Shown piece after piece: positions 40,024-53,910 of a stretch of DNA of 64,000 bases. How positions within the stretch are numbered: the first letter of the stretch is position 1; every line of letters starts with the position of its first letter. Origin of the DNA: Heptranchias perlo (Eukaryota); NCBI RefSeq assembly GCF_035084215.1, contig NC_090336.1, positions 39,060,001-39,124,000 on the forward strand, given 5' to 3'. The position numbers were made by a program, and so were the translations under genes. The notes under the pieces were generated by a model. The model did no database searches. It was not told where the DNA came from and saw only the letters and a program-made list of their open reading frames with translations.

Positions 40024-40654
40024 GAATCAATGCCTGGGGCAGACTCCCACCAACTCCCACCACTGGGACCGATACCTGTGATTCTCTTTCCTTTACCAGA
40101 GGCAAATAGTTTTTTAAAATATAAAGGCAAACCAGTAGTAAAATTAAATGACCCTCCTGCTCGGTGCTATACTGCATGTCAGCGTGTCCCATGAAGCATA
40201 GGTTCCGCTGATATCAGCAAATGTTGGCACACAGACTACGGCCCTAAAGCACTGATGTCTGCACGAAGCACTGCTGGTTGGCATGTATGAGTATGAAAAC
40301 TATTAACTGTGTCTGCATTGAATTGAATTTAACAGTAGATAACAGGTGTTATTAACTGAGAATGGAACTGAAGTGGGAATTATGCACTGACAGAATGGTG
40401 AATACTTTTGAATAAATTAGGAGTTTATTCAAGGGTGAATGGTAGATGTAGGGAAACCCAAAAGAACAGTTGATGTGTGGCCCGAGGAGACCTAGAGAGG
40501 GAACGCCTATATAATTATTAAATTGGTATGTCCTGTCACCTATCAATATTCCTTATGAAGATTTCAATGTTAACTGTGCCCACACCTATGTTGCATCTGG
40601 TGATGTCTACTCCTAGCATGTTTTTAATAGGATTTTCCAATTAATGTGACAGAC

Positions 40655-40805
40655 ACATTTAAGGGGAGACTTGATACAGACATGAGGGAGAAGGGAATAG
40701 AGGGGGCCAGGGTGGGAAGAGGCTTGTGTGGAGTATAAACACCAACATCGACTATTTGGGCCCAATGGCCTGTTTCTGTGCTGGAGATACTATGAATGTA
40801 ATTCT
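40655..40805 (+). mobile_element. CR1 3' tail fragment
   Basis: Similar to 180-345 ('catttaagggga...catgagggagaagggaatagagg...gggcccaatggcctgtttctgtgctg'). Confidence 0.85.
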
Positions 40806-41111
40806 GTAATTGTACAATCTGGCCACTGGGTGGCTTCATAAACCAAATCTGAACTCTTTCTCTCAGTTCAGATGCTTTCCTCAATTTTGTGCAAATAAGT
40901 TTTTAAATTGTAATTTCTGTCAACACATATTTGTATTTGATTATTTTTATATTAATAATCATTCTAAAATTTTAATTTAAAAAAAATACTTTTTGTTCCT
41001 ACTGCGCCTCCCATTGGTTTATTTGTTGATCAACCATCTACCTAGCTCCCTTCCTTTGGTCACCTGAATTTCTTCTTCCTGCAACTGAGGTTGTATCCAA
41101 AGAAGCTGGCA

Positions 41112-41175
41112 ATGGGAACCCTAAGCTCAAAGGATCTGAGGCGACCAGGAACCGAGCCAAAAAAGGCCCAAAAAG
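41112..41175 (+). CDS. Candidate first coding exon (MGTLSSKDLRRPGTEPKKAQK, phase-1 donor)
   Basis: Good Kozak context (gcaATGG), strong donor AAG|GTGAGT at 41175/41176, possible acceptor 'ctacctag' at 41045, non-repetitive surroundings. No downstream exon identified. Confidence 0.3.
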
Positions 41176-41901
41176 GTGAGTGTCCTTGTCTTCTTTTTTT
41201 GCAAGGACTGATTGGATCTTTGGGCCTGGGGCCTTCAACAGGCAGAATGCCTCAAGGGTAATGACCAGTCCTGCAGCTGTTGGCCTCTAAACCCTGCAGC
41301 TGAGCTTGTGTTCCTGTCCCTGTTTTGCAGTGCAAGGCCCTGCCTGGTGGTGGGCCTGCACTGCGGGTATGACTGGATCATACTATCCACCCAGTCCACC
41401 AATTTGGACACTCTAAGGCCTGGGCAGGCAGAGCACACTTTGGATGCAATCATCCTGTCTCTCGTCCAGGTAAGGGAAGAGAGAAATATCAGGGCCATTG
41501 TGTCCTTGTCCAACAATCAGCAAGTGAGACAATGGGAAAACAGAAATGAGCAAAATTTCAAAATGGAAAGCCTGATGTAGATGCAGATATGTTTATTTGA
41601 AAGTTTAGGACATAAAGAATTCAGGGGGTTAAAGCAAAAACACTCATAGCTGTACAAAGCTTTGCAGCATCTGCAGAAATTCCATTCCTAAAGATTTCTG
41701 CTGACCACATAGTGAGCTAGTGGGATTGTCCACTTTGAGTTTGTCAATCCTCTCCAATTTAGAAATTTTCCAAATTCCCACTATATTCGGTAAGAATTTA
41801 CAGTCATCTTGTTGCCTCTTTGAGTAGCGTATGATTAGAGTTGCAATGCTTCAAAGGAGAAATTTCCAATTTATTATTCACTGTTTTCATGATGCCATGC
41901 T

Positions 41902-42357
41902 CATAGAATCATAGAATCAAAGAAGTTTACAACATGGAAACAGGCCCTTCGGCCCAACATGTCCATGTCGCCCAGTTTATACCACTAAGCTAGTCCCAAT
42001 TGCCTGCACTTGGCCCATATCCCTCTATACCCATCTTACCCATGTAACTGTCCAAATGCTTTTTAAAAGACAAAATTGTACCCGCCTCTACTACTGCCTC
42101 TGGCAGCTCGTTCCAGACACTCACCACCCTTTGAGTGAAAAAATTGCCCCTCTGGACCCTTTTGTATCTCTCCCCTCTCACCTTAAATCTATGCCCCCTC
42201 GTTATAGACTCCCCTACCTTTGGGAAAAGATTTTGACTATCGACCTTATCTATGCCCCTCATTATTTTATAGACTTCTATAAGATCACCCCTAAACCTCC
42301 TACTCTCCAGGGAAAAAAGTCCCAGTCTGTCTAACCTCTCCTTGTAAGTCAAACCAT
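41902..42357 (-). mobile_element. CR1/HER1 3' fragment
   Basis: ORF 41990-42352 (YKERLDRLGLFSLE...RGNFFTQRVVSVWNELP); (atagaatc)n tail. Confidence 0.93.
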
Positions 42358-44749
42358 TCCCTCCTATTTACCGGGAGTCTACTTTTATTTATATATCCCT
42401 CAATCAGTAAAACCAGTTATGGGGCACAATTAAGTCTTATTTTTATCTGTGCACAAATCCAGCAGATGCTTAGTATGGACCAGAGGGGGGGGTTGGATTT
42501 AAGTGGGGGGGTATGGGGAAAATTACAATGCCATGTTCAAAATATGGACCTCAGCTCCACTTAGAGCTCACCATTTCCCCAGAATCTGCATGGTAACTTC
42601 CTAGCACCTGTGCCAGCCATGGGTGGAACACTGCTGCAGTACAGTGTGTACCGTGTTATTTTTTATTTTCAGAGAAGGCCGTGGTATCATGAAAGCAGTA
42701 AACTAACTGGAGGTTTTCCCTTGTATCAGGGCAGATGGATTGAATATAGGGCACTATCATTTATGGACAGTGGGATTGCCTTGGCTGTATCCTAGTTAAT
42801 TATTTAATTGGCAAGCCATCCAAGTTGTTTCCAATAGAGAAAATGTGTAATCCATTGAGCTGGACATAAGAACTGGAGCCTAGTCTGTATAGGCGGGAGT
42901 CCATAGCGACCCCATTCACCACCTATGAAGTCTGAATGTTCCAGCAGCAGTAGTTCCAATGGCATATTAAACAGTAAGATGGGAGAGTGGGTAACTCTAG
43001 TGAGGATTTTCTCAATTTTCTCTTTGCCAACAACTTTGGAAACTATTTTTTCAATCATTGTATTATCAAGATTATACTGAAAAGTGAGTCTTTCCTTTTT
43101 TAAGGTAGTAAAGGTGTAAATTCCAATATTCCATTTATCATTAAAGCTACTAAGAGGCTAGAGTAACAAATGCTGTTTCGTTATCTCCTTGTAGAATTGA
43201 GATGTGAAGCTGTTGTGCCCTGGAGAATTACCCGACACTGGTTATCAATTGACCCTTCATGTTCCTTTAGTAGAAAGGCCACTTCCTCTTTTCTGCACTG
43301 AAGGGGCCAAGTTGAGAACTACTTTAAAAAAAAAGATTTCATGCCAAATAGCTTAGTGCTGTTCTAAAACCTGTAGATAGTAAAATTTGTTAAATTTAAT
43401 AATGTAGCCTTAGGGTCAATTGAGGTAGTGCCATCTGCCTGCTTTATGTCTGGTAAAACGGAGACACCCTTTGCTTTCACAGCCAATGATTCAGTAGACG
43501 TCCCACTTTCTCCATATGTTCAATATTATTCTATTTCTCTCAGAAGACAGATAACTCCATTTTTTCAGTTAGCAAAGCATTGAGTTACATCCACATCTAC
43601 AGCATGTTAAAATAGCTCATCTGGAATTGTGTTCCTTATACCATTTCTCCCTTCCTCCAATTCAATGATTCATTGCATTTTTTATCTTTGAATGAAAGCA
43701 AAATATGGAAACGGTACTCTATAAATAACTGCAGCCATTATACAATGTTAGATCTAAGAGCTGTGTCACATTTCAGGATTTTTTTTTACCATTTTTCCAC
43801 AAAAGATTTGGAAAGAAAGTTACTTTTAATGCTGGAATTTTAAAAGTAATGTGTATTCATACAAGTTTAAAAGAGGCACCTAGACAAAAGGTGGCTAAGT
43901 GAAAGTTGTTTCTTCCAGAGGCCAAACAATAAGTGATTCAGTGGCTTGTCTGGGTATTTAGGAAACACTTCTCACCCATTCTGTTAGAAATCCCCTTGAT
44001 TCCTGTCAGTCTATGAAACGGGGGATATCATAGGGACATAAGGGAGAAAGTTTTAACACAGCGAAGCTGCAAGAGCAGTCAGTTTTGCTGAAGGGAAAAC
44101 TGAGGGCCTTCACTCAGATGAAGAGATTAGAAATACTGGAGGACAGTTAGGAGACCTCTTGTTGACATTAAATAAAATGATGCATTGGGAAAGTGTGGCA
44201 TGTTCTTTATTTTGTATCATTACACAAATATAAGTTGTACCAATTGAAGTAAGTGTATCTGATCATATCAGCTTACCTTACTGTAGAATAGAACAGCTTA
44301 AAGATTCAAACCCAGCCTTGCCTCACCTAGCCTTTGGTTTGCCTCTGGAGTGATTGAAGAAATGCGCATACACAAGACGTGTATCCAGTCCCATTCACAA
44401 GGGATTGATATTGTTCCATTCCTGTATAGCACGAATAGATATAGGGCAGTGTGGGTCAACTCACATAGAAGTAAGATGCTCAGATCACTTAAGGGAAAGA
44501 CTGATACCACTGAATCTGAGAAAACATCTCCTGCAGACCCGAACTTCTTACATGCTGTTTAGTAATTGTTTAATCTTCCTGGCAGTCCAGTCTGTTTATA
44601 ATTATTGACCATACCTTGAAAGGATCCAGCCAATAGGAAGTTGTTATCAAGGAGGCTAATCTACAACAGAACCTCTATTATCTGCTATAATGGAAAGGGT
44701 CTGCCAGTGGATAATTGAAATTGGCAGATAATCAAGAGTCCCGACATTT

Positions 44750-45100
44750 TGGCTGAGAAGAAACTGATTGAGCTGAGCTTATTTTCATTGGAGAAAAGAT
44801 TGGAATGGACCTTGATCTGGGTATTTAAAATGAGGAGAAGTATGGATTGCATAGGTATATGCAAGTTATTCGACCGTAAACAGAACCGGAGGACAAATAA
44901 AAAAATTATAAAACAGAACTGCAGATCATAAGTACTGCTTTTCCTTCGCAGAGTAATGGATATGTGACTCCCAGCAAATATGAATGATTAGCTCCCTTAA
45001 AAATTAGCTGAATGAATATATGTAAGGAATGGGACTGAAGGGTATAAGAATTTGGTTGGACAAAGATGATTAGATACTCTATGGCATACAATCGTTCCTA
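44750..45100 (+). mobile_element. Very decayed CR1 3' fragment
   Basis: LSLFSLEKRL...LIWVFKMRR motif. Confidence 0.55.
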
Positions 45101-48100
45101 TATTGGGCCCGTGGAAATGATGTGGAATTTCTCACTTATCTTTGGGAGTCAGTGAAAAAATTAGCAGAGTTTTCCCTCGAGATTAAATGGGTCAGGTAGA
45201 GTTTTCAATAGGATTTTTCTGGATCCACACTTGCTTATGATTTGCTTCAGTTACCCTTGTGACCTGTTGGGCAGTATGTATCTGACTAACTTTGTGATTT
45301 AGTTGCTAGGAAGTATGCACTTGATTTCCAATAGTTGATTGGCAATAGTCGTATGTGCCTTTCTTCCCTCGCAACTTGGGGTTGCTCTGTCCACTACTGT
45401 AGGAGTCATTTTTTTTAGAATTTTGATTTAGGCCTTCCTAATCCAAATCCCATGTTAATTGGAATGCCAGGCAGGGTACACTTGATAGTTGCGCCATTGG
45501 CGCCTTGCTTACATTGCACATCAGCCAAATAATCAAGCATCTCTCGAGATACATCGACCTTTGACAAATAAATTCCCTGCCTCTCCATCAACATGCAGGA
45601 ATCATCAGTTTGTCCTGCAATCAGAGATATGTAGTGATGAGAACATTGTCTGTCAAGACGGTGAAATCTAATGCAGTTCTCCCTGTCAGTTTCAGCAGCT
45701 TGCCTGGGCCCAGGAGAGATAGCAGGATTTGTAAAAATGTAATCTCATTTTGCCCATGCTTTTTTTTAAGCCACCAAAACACAAATTGTTCCAGTGTGAC
45801 CTAATCTCTAAATCATTGCTTTGCACTGCCAAATTTTTTAACCTTACCTTCCAGCACAAAGCACGTTGAGTTTCAAGTCACCGTCTTCTTTGTTTTCATT
45901 AATTTGATCCCTCACTGCTCAGAATGGCTGTTCAATTTCCTTTGGAGAGCGCAAAATTTATGATTTAGGATTTAAGTATTGCTTCTGATTGCTTTTAGAT
46001 TCCATTGAAATTTAACTGAGTTTCTACTGATGTATCTAGTAGTGTTTGTACTCAGGTTGTTACACATCTTTGATTTATATCCAGTTCATTGTTTTATGAA
46101 CAAACGCAAAGGTTTATATTTTTAAAATGTGAACAATCGGACTTTGTATTCTTTCTATGCCGTTCTTTCCTCCTCACCCTGCAAAGGAATAATGTTATCT
46201 TGATCTGAAAGCTGATGATATTTAGCATTCTTTTATTTTTTCTTAATTTGGTGAAGTCTATCCAAGTTACATATTTTCTGGCAAATTGAAATTGATCGTG
46301 TGCAGAATTCATAATTGATTATTAAGTTCTAGCGATGCTAATTTTCTGTCACTAGGTTTGGGCTAGAGGGTCATTACAATACATGCTAGAGCCATGACCA
46401 TCATGATGGGACCAAAATGGTAGGACATGGGTTAACTCTCCATCTCAACTGGCAAAGGTACCAACTTCCTCAACATTGCTGTGGGTGCCAAGTGTTTTCC
46501 AAAATGCAAGGAAAGAAAATAGGAGGGAGAGTAATCCTAGGCTGCTACTCCTAGATCACTAGTGGCAGTAAGCAATTTCTCAGGAACTTTCTAACGAGAT
46601 ATTGGGGACTTTGTGGAACTATAAATGAAGAGGGCAGGAAATTGCTGACTCTTTGGTATTTCAAGATTTTTCCACCTACTGAAACTTTCCCCTTAACAGC
46701 GAGGGAATTCATCAGTTTTTTTTTTAACAGTAGATCCAGATGAGATCCCACTTAAGTTGATCTAAGTGATTCTGTTGTTTGTGTTTTTGTGAACTATTCC
46801 TGTTTTTTCCTTTTAATTTTTTCTTTAATTCTTTGTTGCTCATGTGGAAACGATGTGCCTCTTGCTATAAATAAAGGATGCTTTCCCATCCCAGTGGAAG
46901 GGATGCATAATACAAGTATTTCCAGAGGGACTCTGTTAACAATGCAGTGCAAATACTGCCACAATTGAGCAAAAACCAGTTTGTTGGATTGCTGTTTTAA
47001 TATGAAATGATGGGTCAGACCTAACAAATTTGTGTGATTCCTCTGCAATTGATGGCATTACAGCTGTTGGAAGTTGATTTGAAATACAAATTTCATGCGG
47101 CAATCTTTTGCCATTAAATTGATGGATTTACTTTGTGTTTACAAGACACAGGCATGAGTCATAATCAACGAATGACTAACAAATGTGTGAAGTGTACAGA
47201 TCACATTCACGCATACATTATAAAGGGGCCCGAAAGCATACAGCAGTGATTCATTGGGAAAAGAAGTCTCTGAAAGATAGGCAAGTCTGGGGTGCCTAAA
47301 AATAAAATGGTCACCGCTCGATTTGTGACTGCGGAACCACACAGTCTGTTTTTAAAAAAAACACAATAAAAATTGCAGTACCTTAGGTTAAATCGCCTCC
47401 TTCAAAAAACCTAATGAGAACCTAATTTTAAAAAAAAGTGTCTTCAAACACAGCAGAAAATTATTCTAATATCTAATGGAGATACATTTGTTAAAAAGTC
47501 TGGAGAATTTTCATGTTGTGTCACATTAGTTGGGTGGATCATGCGTATGAAGAGGGTTTTGAATTCCTGTATTTCAGATATAGAATAATGTACGCATGTC
47601 CTTTTTGCTGTGTCAGCTAAAGAGATGTGGTTCTGCAGCCCAAGTAACAAGAGTTTTTGATTAAGAAGGAGAAAGCAAGAATGTCATTTACATTTTTTTT
47701 TTGTGAAGAACCCTGAAGTTTATTGATCTATCTAAAGCATTCTCTTGCTGTTCCTTTTATAATCTCACGTAGCAGCATGGGACCAATATGTTGCAGAATT
47801 CACAATAACTTAGGGTTGACTTTAGATGGGTCATTGTGAATGACAAATTTAAATTATCCTTCTACTCAGAAGGGCTGGCATATGTAGATGTGATGGAGGA
47901 AATTTTTATGTTAAATTTAAATCGTCCTGCTACTCAGAAGGGATGACTGTTTGTAAATATGATATCAGAAATTTTTATGGTATTTTACCTCATTCTGTGA
48001 TCGACCAATTTTAGTGTTAAAGGGAGAAACACCTTGTTCAGAGTTTTATGTAATTTAGAAATGGGGGGAGGGGGGGTCAAGTTTCCGCTAGTTATATCTG

Positions 48101-48204
48101 TGTAATCCGGACAGAATCGGCTGAACTAATCCAAAAAAGCAGGGAATTTTAAACATGAGTTACGTCCAAAACCACTTACGCTCGTGTTTTCCACAATCTC
48201 TTAT

Positions 48205-48750
48205 GCTGAGCCAAAGATGGAGATATTAGAAGAGGTTAACAAAGCTTGGACAAAGAGATGACTTTTAAGGAGAGTCTTAAAGGAGGAGAGGGAAGTGAAG
48301 AGGTTTAAAGAGAGAATTCCAGAGCGTGGGGCCTACGCCACTGAAGACATGGCCTCCGTTGGTGGGGTAAAGGGAGGGGGAATGCACAAGAGGCTAGCGT
48401 CAGAGGAACGGAGAGTTAAGGGGGGAGGGTGTTGTAGGGCTAAAGGAAGTTATAGAGATAGGGAGGTGTTGGGCCATGAAGGGATTTAAACACAAGGATG
48501 AGAACTTTAAATTTGAGGCAACATAGGTCAATGAGGACATGAGTATTGGGTGAGCAGGACTTGGTGCAGGATAGAATATGGGCAGCAGAATTTTGGATGA
48601 GCTGAAATTTATGGAGGGTGGAGAATGGGAGGTCAGCCAGGACAGCATTGGAATAGAAGTGTCTGGATGTGATAAATGCATAGATGAGGCTTACAGCAGC
48701 AAAGAGGTAGGGGCGAAGACGGGCATTGTTATGAAGGTGGAAGTAGACAA
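48205..48750 (-). mobile_element. L2-like LINE 3' remnant
   Basis: The minus strand resembles L2 C-terminal coding (KLQLIQNSAA-IL, FKVLILVFKSLHG) and is homologous to 61075-61350. Confidence 0.7.
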
Positions 48751-49149
48751 TCTTTGTGAAATATGGGGTCAGCTAGTACATCTTGTCACAGTGAGTCGGG
48801 TACATAATTACAACAGATGTAGCACATGGCTGTTCTAGTTCTTTATCCAAAAAAAGGGTTTGCCAAATGTCTTTCCCATCACAACAGTGCACCTTTTAAT
48901 TGAAGCTGGTGTACAGCTGAGTGATTTAGTTTCAGTTGTTCTGGCACTGAAAAGTGGAATTAGACATCCCATTATATCTAGGACACATAAATGTAATGTT
49001 ACATTTTATTGATTAGTCATTTTTGGATTTCTTTGATATATCAACATTTTCTGTTTCAGCATTTCTGTTAGTTTATTATTTGTGCACAAAATCCGCTTCA
49101 AAATTCCAGCCTCTTTTTAGTTAATTACACCACTTCTCCTATAATGCAC

Positions 49150-49955
49150 ATGAATTACATACAAGGTACAGCACAGAAGCAGGCCATTCAGCCCAACCGG
49201 TCCATGCCAGTGTTTATGCTCCACACGGTCCTCCTCCCTCCCTACTTCATCTAACCCTATTGGTATATTCGTCTATTCCTTTCTCCCTCGTGTTCATCTA
49301 GCTTCCCCTTAAATGCATCTATGCTAGTCGCCTCAACTACTCCTTGTGGTAGCCAGTTCTAGATTCTAACCAGTCTCTGGGTAAAGAAGTTTCTCCTGAA
49401 TTCCCTATTGGATTTATTAGTGACTGTCTCATATTTATGCCCCTAGTTCTGGTCTCCCCGCAAGTGGAAACATCTTCTTCATGTCTACCCTGTCAAACCC
49501 TTTCATAATCTTAAAGACTTCCATCAGGTTACCCCTTAGTCTTCTCTTTTCTAGAGAAAAGAGACCCAGCCTGCTCAATTATTCCTGATAGGTATAACCT
49601 CTCAGTTCTGGTATCATTCTAGTAAATCCTTTTTGCACCTTCTCCAGTGCCTCTATATCCTTTTTAGAATATGGAGATCAGAACTGTTCACAGTACTGCA
49701 AGTGTGATCTAACCAAAATGTTGGCCAGGGGCTGCAGAAGGTAACCTGAGACGTCAGCTGCTGATACAGAGGCAGGAACGACTTTTGAACTAAAGTAACC
49801 TGAGTTCAGTCCTGACCTGGCTGGCTGAAACCGGTGCCGGTGACCTCCGGTCAACAAAGGTTCTATACAAGTTTAACATAACTTCTCTGCTTTTCAATTC
49901 TATCCCTCTAGAAATGAACCTCCGTGCTTGGTTTGCTTTTTTTATGGCCCTATTA
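49150..49955 (-). mobile_element. CR1 3' fragment interrupted by a 138-bp insertion
   Basis: Reverse complement of the family at 1-345 and its upstream coding region; interrupted at 49719-49856. Confidence 0.88.
49719..49856. mobile_element. 138-bp TG...CA insertion with short terminal inverted repeats
   Basis: Ends tgttggcc / ggtcaaca; splits the CR1 sequence 'ctaaccaa|ggttctatacaag'. Confidence 0.5.
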
Positions 49956-52228
49956 GCCCTTGAGTTAGGGTTGATGTTTTACTGCCTTATGACATTGCTG
50001 ACATCTGGATATTCCCTCTTTCAATATGGGTAGGCTAACCTGAAGCTCACTTTGTGTGTAGCTGGGCACTGAGTCTGACTGATAGGATTCGCTAGTTCAG
50101 GCACCTACTCCATGAACTGATAATTGAATTTGCTGTTATAAACAGCAGTCTAACAATCGGGTGACTGTTCTCTTGATTCAGACCCAGAAATTCCTGACCC
50201 ACAGTGCATGCCATGAATGTGATTACTGTGCTGGATTGATTCCAAAGTATTTATCCTAAAGTTCATGTGTCTTGGGCATATTATCCTAGAGAGGGATGCT
50301 AAAAACAGACTGAATGCCAAACAGTTTTAGGCATGTTTCTGTACGGGTATCTTTATTTATTTCATTTTGGTTACCTCGTGTGTTTTATCAAGTAAAAATT
50401 CTTGTGCTCTGGTCTTGGGTGTTGTTATAAGCGTTTCCTTGCCAGGTGGTGAATCTATGATGAAGTGAGTTCGGCAGACCCCAGTCTCTGGAGTATTACT
50501 CTTAATGTGATTGGTGTTCAGGGCAAAAGCATGAAAACATGGAGAGTGGAAGTAATGATCACTGATTCATAAAGGAAACCTGCATTCAGGCATTGGCTGG
50601 TGTTCTCTGAAACGGTGCTAGAAATAGTGGGTTTGCTTTATTCCTCTATTGCACAGGGGTAAAATCAAACAAAAACAGAGCTGGAAAATAGCGCAGCTCA
50701 AGTCAAGACTAGAATATCTTTCTGTCTGGAATCACACAGTGGTATCTCACCACCCTTGATGGAAATGTCATAACATGTCTCTGCATAATCCTGTGAAATG
50801 TCGCAACACAACTTGACATCACTCTGTACACACATCATTCAAAGATGGAAGGTACTGGTGGGCTGAGCTTACAGTAGCATTAGAGTTCAGATTTTATTTT
50901 CCTCTTGGTTACCACTGTTTGGCAAAACATTTCTAAGAATCAAAGGGACTTCCTGGTTGAAAAGCTGGAATACTTCAAAAAAAATTATCAAACAAATGGA
51001 GAATTTTAATCAAAAACAGCAATGGGGCAACCAGACCCTTAGGCATTAGTTGTCCCCAAATAGAGCAAAAACACCAGTGCTACCCTTTCACAGGAGACAT
51101 CTTCCAGAAAAAGCCTAAGGCCACTCATTAGATAAGGCTGCTTGAACAATTGGCGAGATGGGGCATACTGTGGGTTTAGCATGTGACACAAATATATTAT
51201 TCACTGTTTCATTTTTATTGTAAATGCAATCTTTTCAGTTGGACAATATGCACGGCAGCAGAACTGACAGGAAACATATGATTACAAAAACAACACTGCC
51301 TCTTAAACTTTATTTAAAAAAACATAGATAATGGATAATGGCATTGGCTGCACTAGGCAATCGCGATGTTCAATGCCGTTGCTTTTTGATAATTGCATTT
51401 TGAGAAATGTATCTGTATGAACATTGATTGGAAAGCATCTGAGCAATGTCTTCAGCATTTAATGTCGGCCCTCATACACGGAGCCATTTTCCTGTGATCT
51501 GCATAACAGATGGGGCTGGAAATCTCGTACAGTAATGATTAAATGGCAGGGCATTCCTGATTCATAAAATATTAATATACTTTAGACAGGAACTATGTAT
51601 AGTAATATTGAAAGTTAAGTGAGCCTTACTATGGCCTCGTTATTGTGATCAATCACTTTGAGAGAAAGTAATGCTACTGGTTTTAAATGTATATCATGGG
51701 GGAGATCACAGGGAAATATGTGACTGAAAAGTTGTGCACATTAATAAAACAGAGCATATCCTTTTCTGCATATCTCACCTGTACTTTAATACCATCATAG
51801 TGGGTCACAACATCACATGTTTGCATGATAAATTATATTCAATATGGGATTATTACTATAGGTAGTGATCTTTTCCTGGATTAACTCTTGAATGCTGAAA
51901 AACCTTTACTAGCTTTCAAAACCTGCACCTTATTTCTTGCTACATCACAGATGATGTGAGAATTTCTGAAAATGAGTTTGAGGGGGAAAGAATAGCAATT
52001 TCTGAAAGGCTTTCTTATGATGTCAGTAAGCCTCTGGGCCAATGATGCATTAGTTGCACAAAATTAACACCATTGCTTAAGTTTTACTGATTGGTATTGT
52101 AGAAAGTAAATAAATGTGGATCATTACCATGCATTATACAGCATGAGACTCTGCATTGTAATTGGATGGGATCATATGGATTATTTCCACCGGGTCACCA
52201 AAGTGCTGCACTCTGTAGAAGTGTGAAG

Positions 52229-52409
52229 TAAAAACAGAAAATGCTGGAAATACACAACAGGTCTGCCGGCATCTGGAAGAGAAAAGACAGGTTGTTTCAG
52301 GTAGAGGCCCTTTGTCAAACTTCTGATGGAGGGTCTATACCCAAAACATTAATCCATCTTTTCAGATGCTGACTAATTTGCTTTGTGTTTTGTACATTTT
52401 CTGGTTTTA
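52229..52409. mobile_element. Old fold-back element with decayed hammerhead cores (family B)
   Basis: Arms 'taaaaacagaaaatg...gcatctggaagag...gtttcaggtagaggccctttgtca' / 'ctgatggagggtctatacccaaaac...ttttcagatgc...cattttctggtttta'. Confidence 0.65.
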
Positions 52410-52894
52410 TTTCATATCTACAGCATTGTAATTTTCTTTTTTTTTATATACATCTACTCTGCAGAAATTATATCCTATATCCATCTTATCTTTATCTCAC
52501 TTTTCACCTTGCTGCTCCACATTCCTTAGAGCAGTTGCTCATCTTCACTGATGGAGGAAGGGGAAGGATAGTCTGTGCTGAGGCTTTTCTCTGGAACTGG
52601 CATCAGTACAGACACAGGGTCAACTATTAAGAATTAGTACATATCATGTATTCCAGATATCACTGGTTACAACCTAATTGTCAATGAAAGGGCAGCAAAA
52701 TCGAGCAGTTAGTTGGAGCACCCATGAAATGCACCACAAAATGTGAGCTTGCAGCTACACATTCCCCACGTGGTCAGTAACCTGCTTGTTGTGCCTGCTC
52801 GTACCCAGAGAATGACTTCCAGATCTCAGCCATGGCATCAAGTGGAGGTTAGCTGCTTGAGAAGGGAAGGACATTTTTGTGCCTTCTGCTGATC

Positions 52895-53095
52895 AGTCTT
52901 AGATGAGCAATAATTTCCTCCAGCTAAATATTGGGAAGGCCAAAGCCATTGTCTTTGGCTCCCACCACAAACTTTGTATCTTTGCCACTGACTCCACTCC
53001 TTTCTTAGCCACTACCTCAGCTGAACCAGACTGTTAACAAATTTGGCCTTCTTTTAGCCCTGAGCTGAGTTTCTGACCTCATCCTCTCCATCAAA
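52895..53095 (+). mobile_element. L2 LINE remnant, 5' piece (continues at ~61002)
   Basis: NNFLQLNIGKAKAIVFGS is an L2-like RT C-terminal motif. Confidence 0.65.
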
Positions 53096-53697
53096 AAAAA
53101 ACATAAGACAGAAGAACATAAGAAATAAGAGCAGGAGTAGGCCATCTGGCCCCCCGAGCCTGCTCCGCGATTCAATAAGGTCATGGCTGATCTTCTACCT
53201 CAACACCATTTTCCTGCACCATCCCCATATCCCTCGATGCCTTTAATATCTAGAAATCTATCGATCTCTGTTTTGAATGTACTCAATCACTGAGCCTCCA
53301 CAGCCCTCTGGGGTAGAGAATTCCAAAGATTCACCACTCTCTGAGTGAAGAAGTTTCTCCTCAGCTCAGTCCTCAATGGCCTACCCCCTATTCTGAGACT
53401 GTGACCCCTGGTTCTAGACTCCCTAGCTAGAGGAAACATCCTCCCTGCAACTATCCTGTTGAACCCTGTAAGAATTTTGTATGTTTCAATGAGGTCACCT
53501 CTCGTTCTTCTAAACTCTAAAGAATACAGGCCTATTCCACTCAATCTCTCCTCATACAACAGTCGCGCCATCCCAGGAATCAGTCTGGTGAACCTTTGTT
53601 GCACTCCCTCTATGGCAAGTACATCCTTTCTTAGGAATGGAGACCAAAATTGTACACAATACTCCAGGTGCGGTCTCACCAAGGCCCTATATAATTG

Positions 53698-53910
53698 CAA
53701 ATGTAAGGAATCTTACAACACCAGGTTATAGTCCAACAGTTTTATTTGAAAATCACAAGCTTTCGGAGGCTTTCTCCTTAGTCAGGTGAATGAAGGAGAA
53801 AGCCTCCGAATCTTGTGATTTTCAAATAAAACTGTTGGGCTATAACCTGGTGTTGTAAGATTCCTTACATTTGTATTCCCCAGTCCATCACCGGCATCTC
53901 CACATCATGG
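53698..53910. mobile_element. PLE-derived fold-back element (family A, copy 2)
   Basis: Arms 53698-53779 / 53793-53873 with few mismatches, same tail, TSD ctatataattgca (53687-53699, 53911-53923). The minus-strand core is mutated (CTGACTA). Confidence 0.9.

Noticed and set aside
44298-44608. Overlapping short ORFs with possible minus-strand splice sites
   Set aside because: No recognisable protein similarity, and the splice signals are at chance level.
47845-47980. Two-copy ~68-bp tandem duplication as a snoRNA pair
   Set aside because: No convincing C/D or H/ACA boxes; it looks like an ordinary local duplication.
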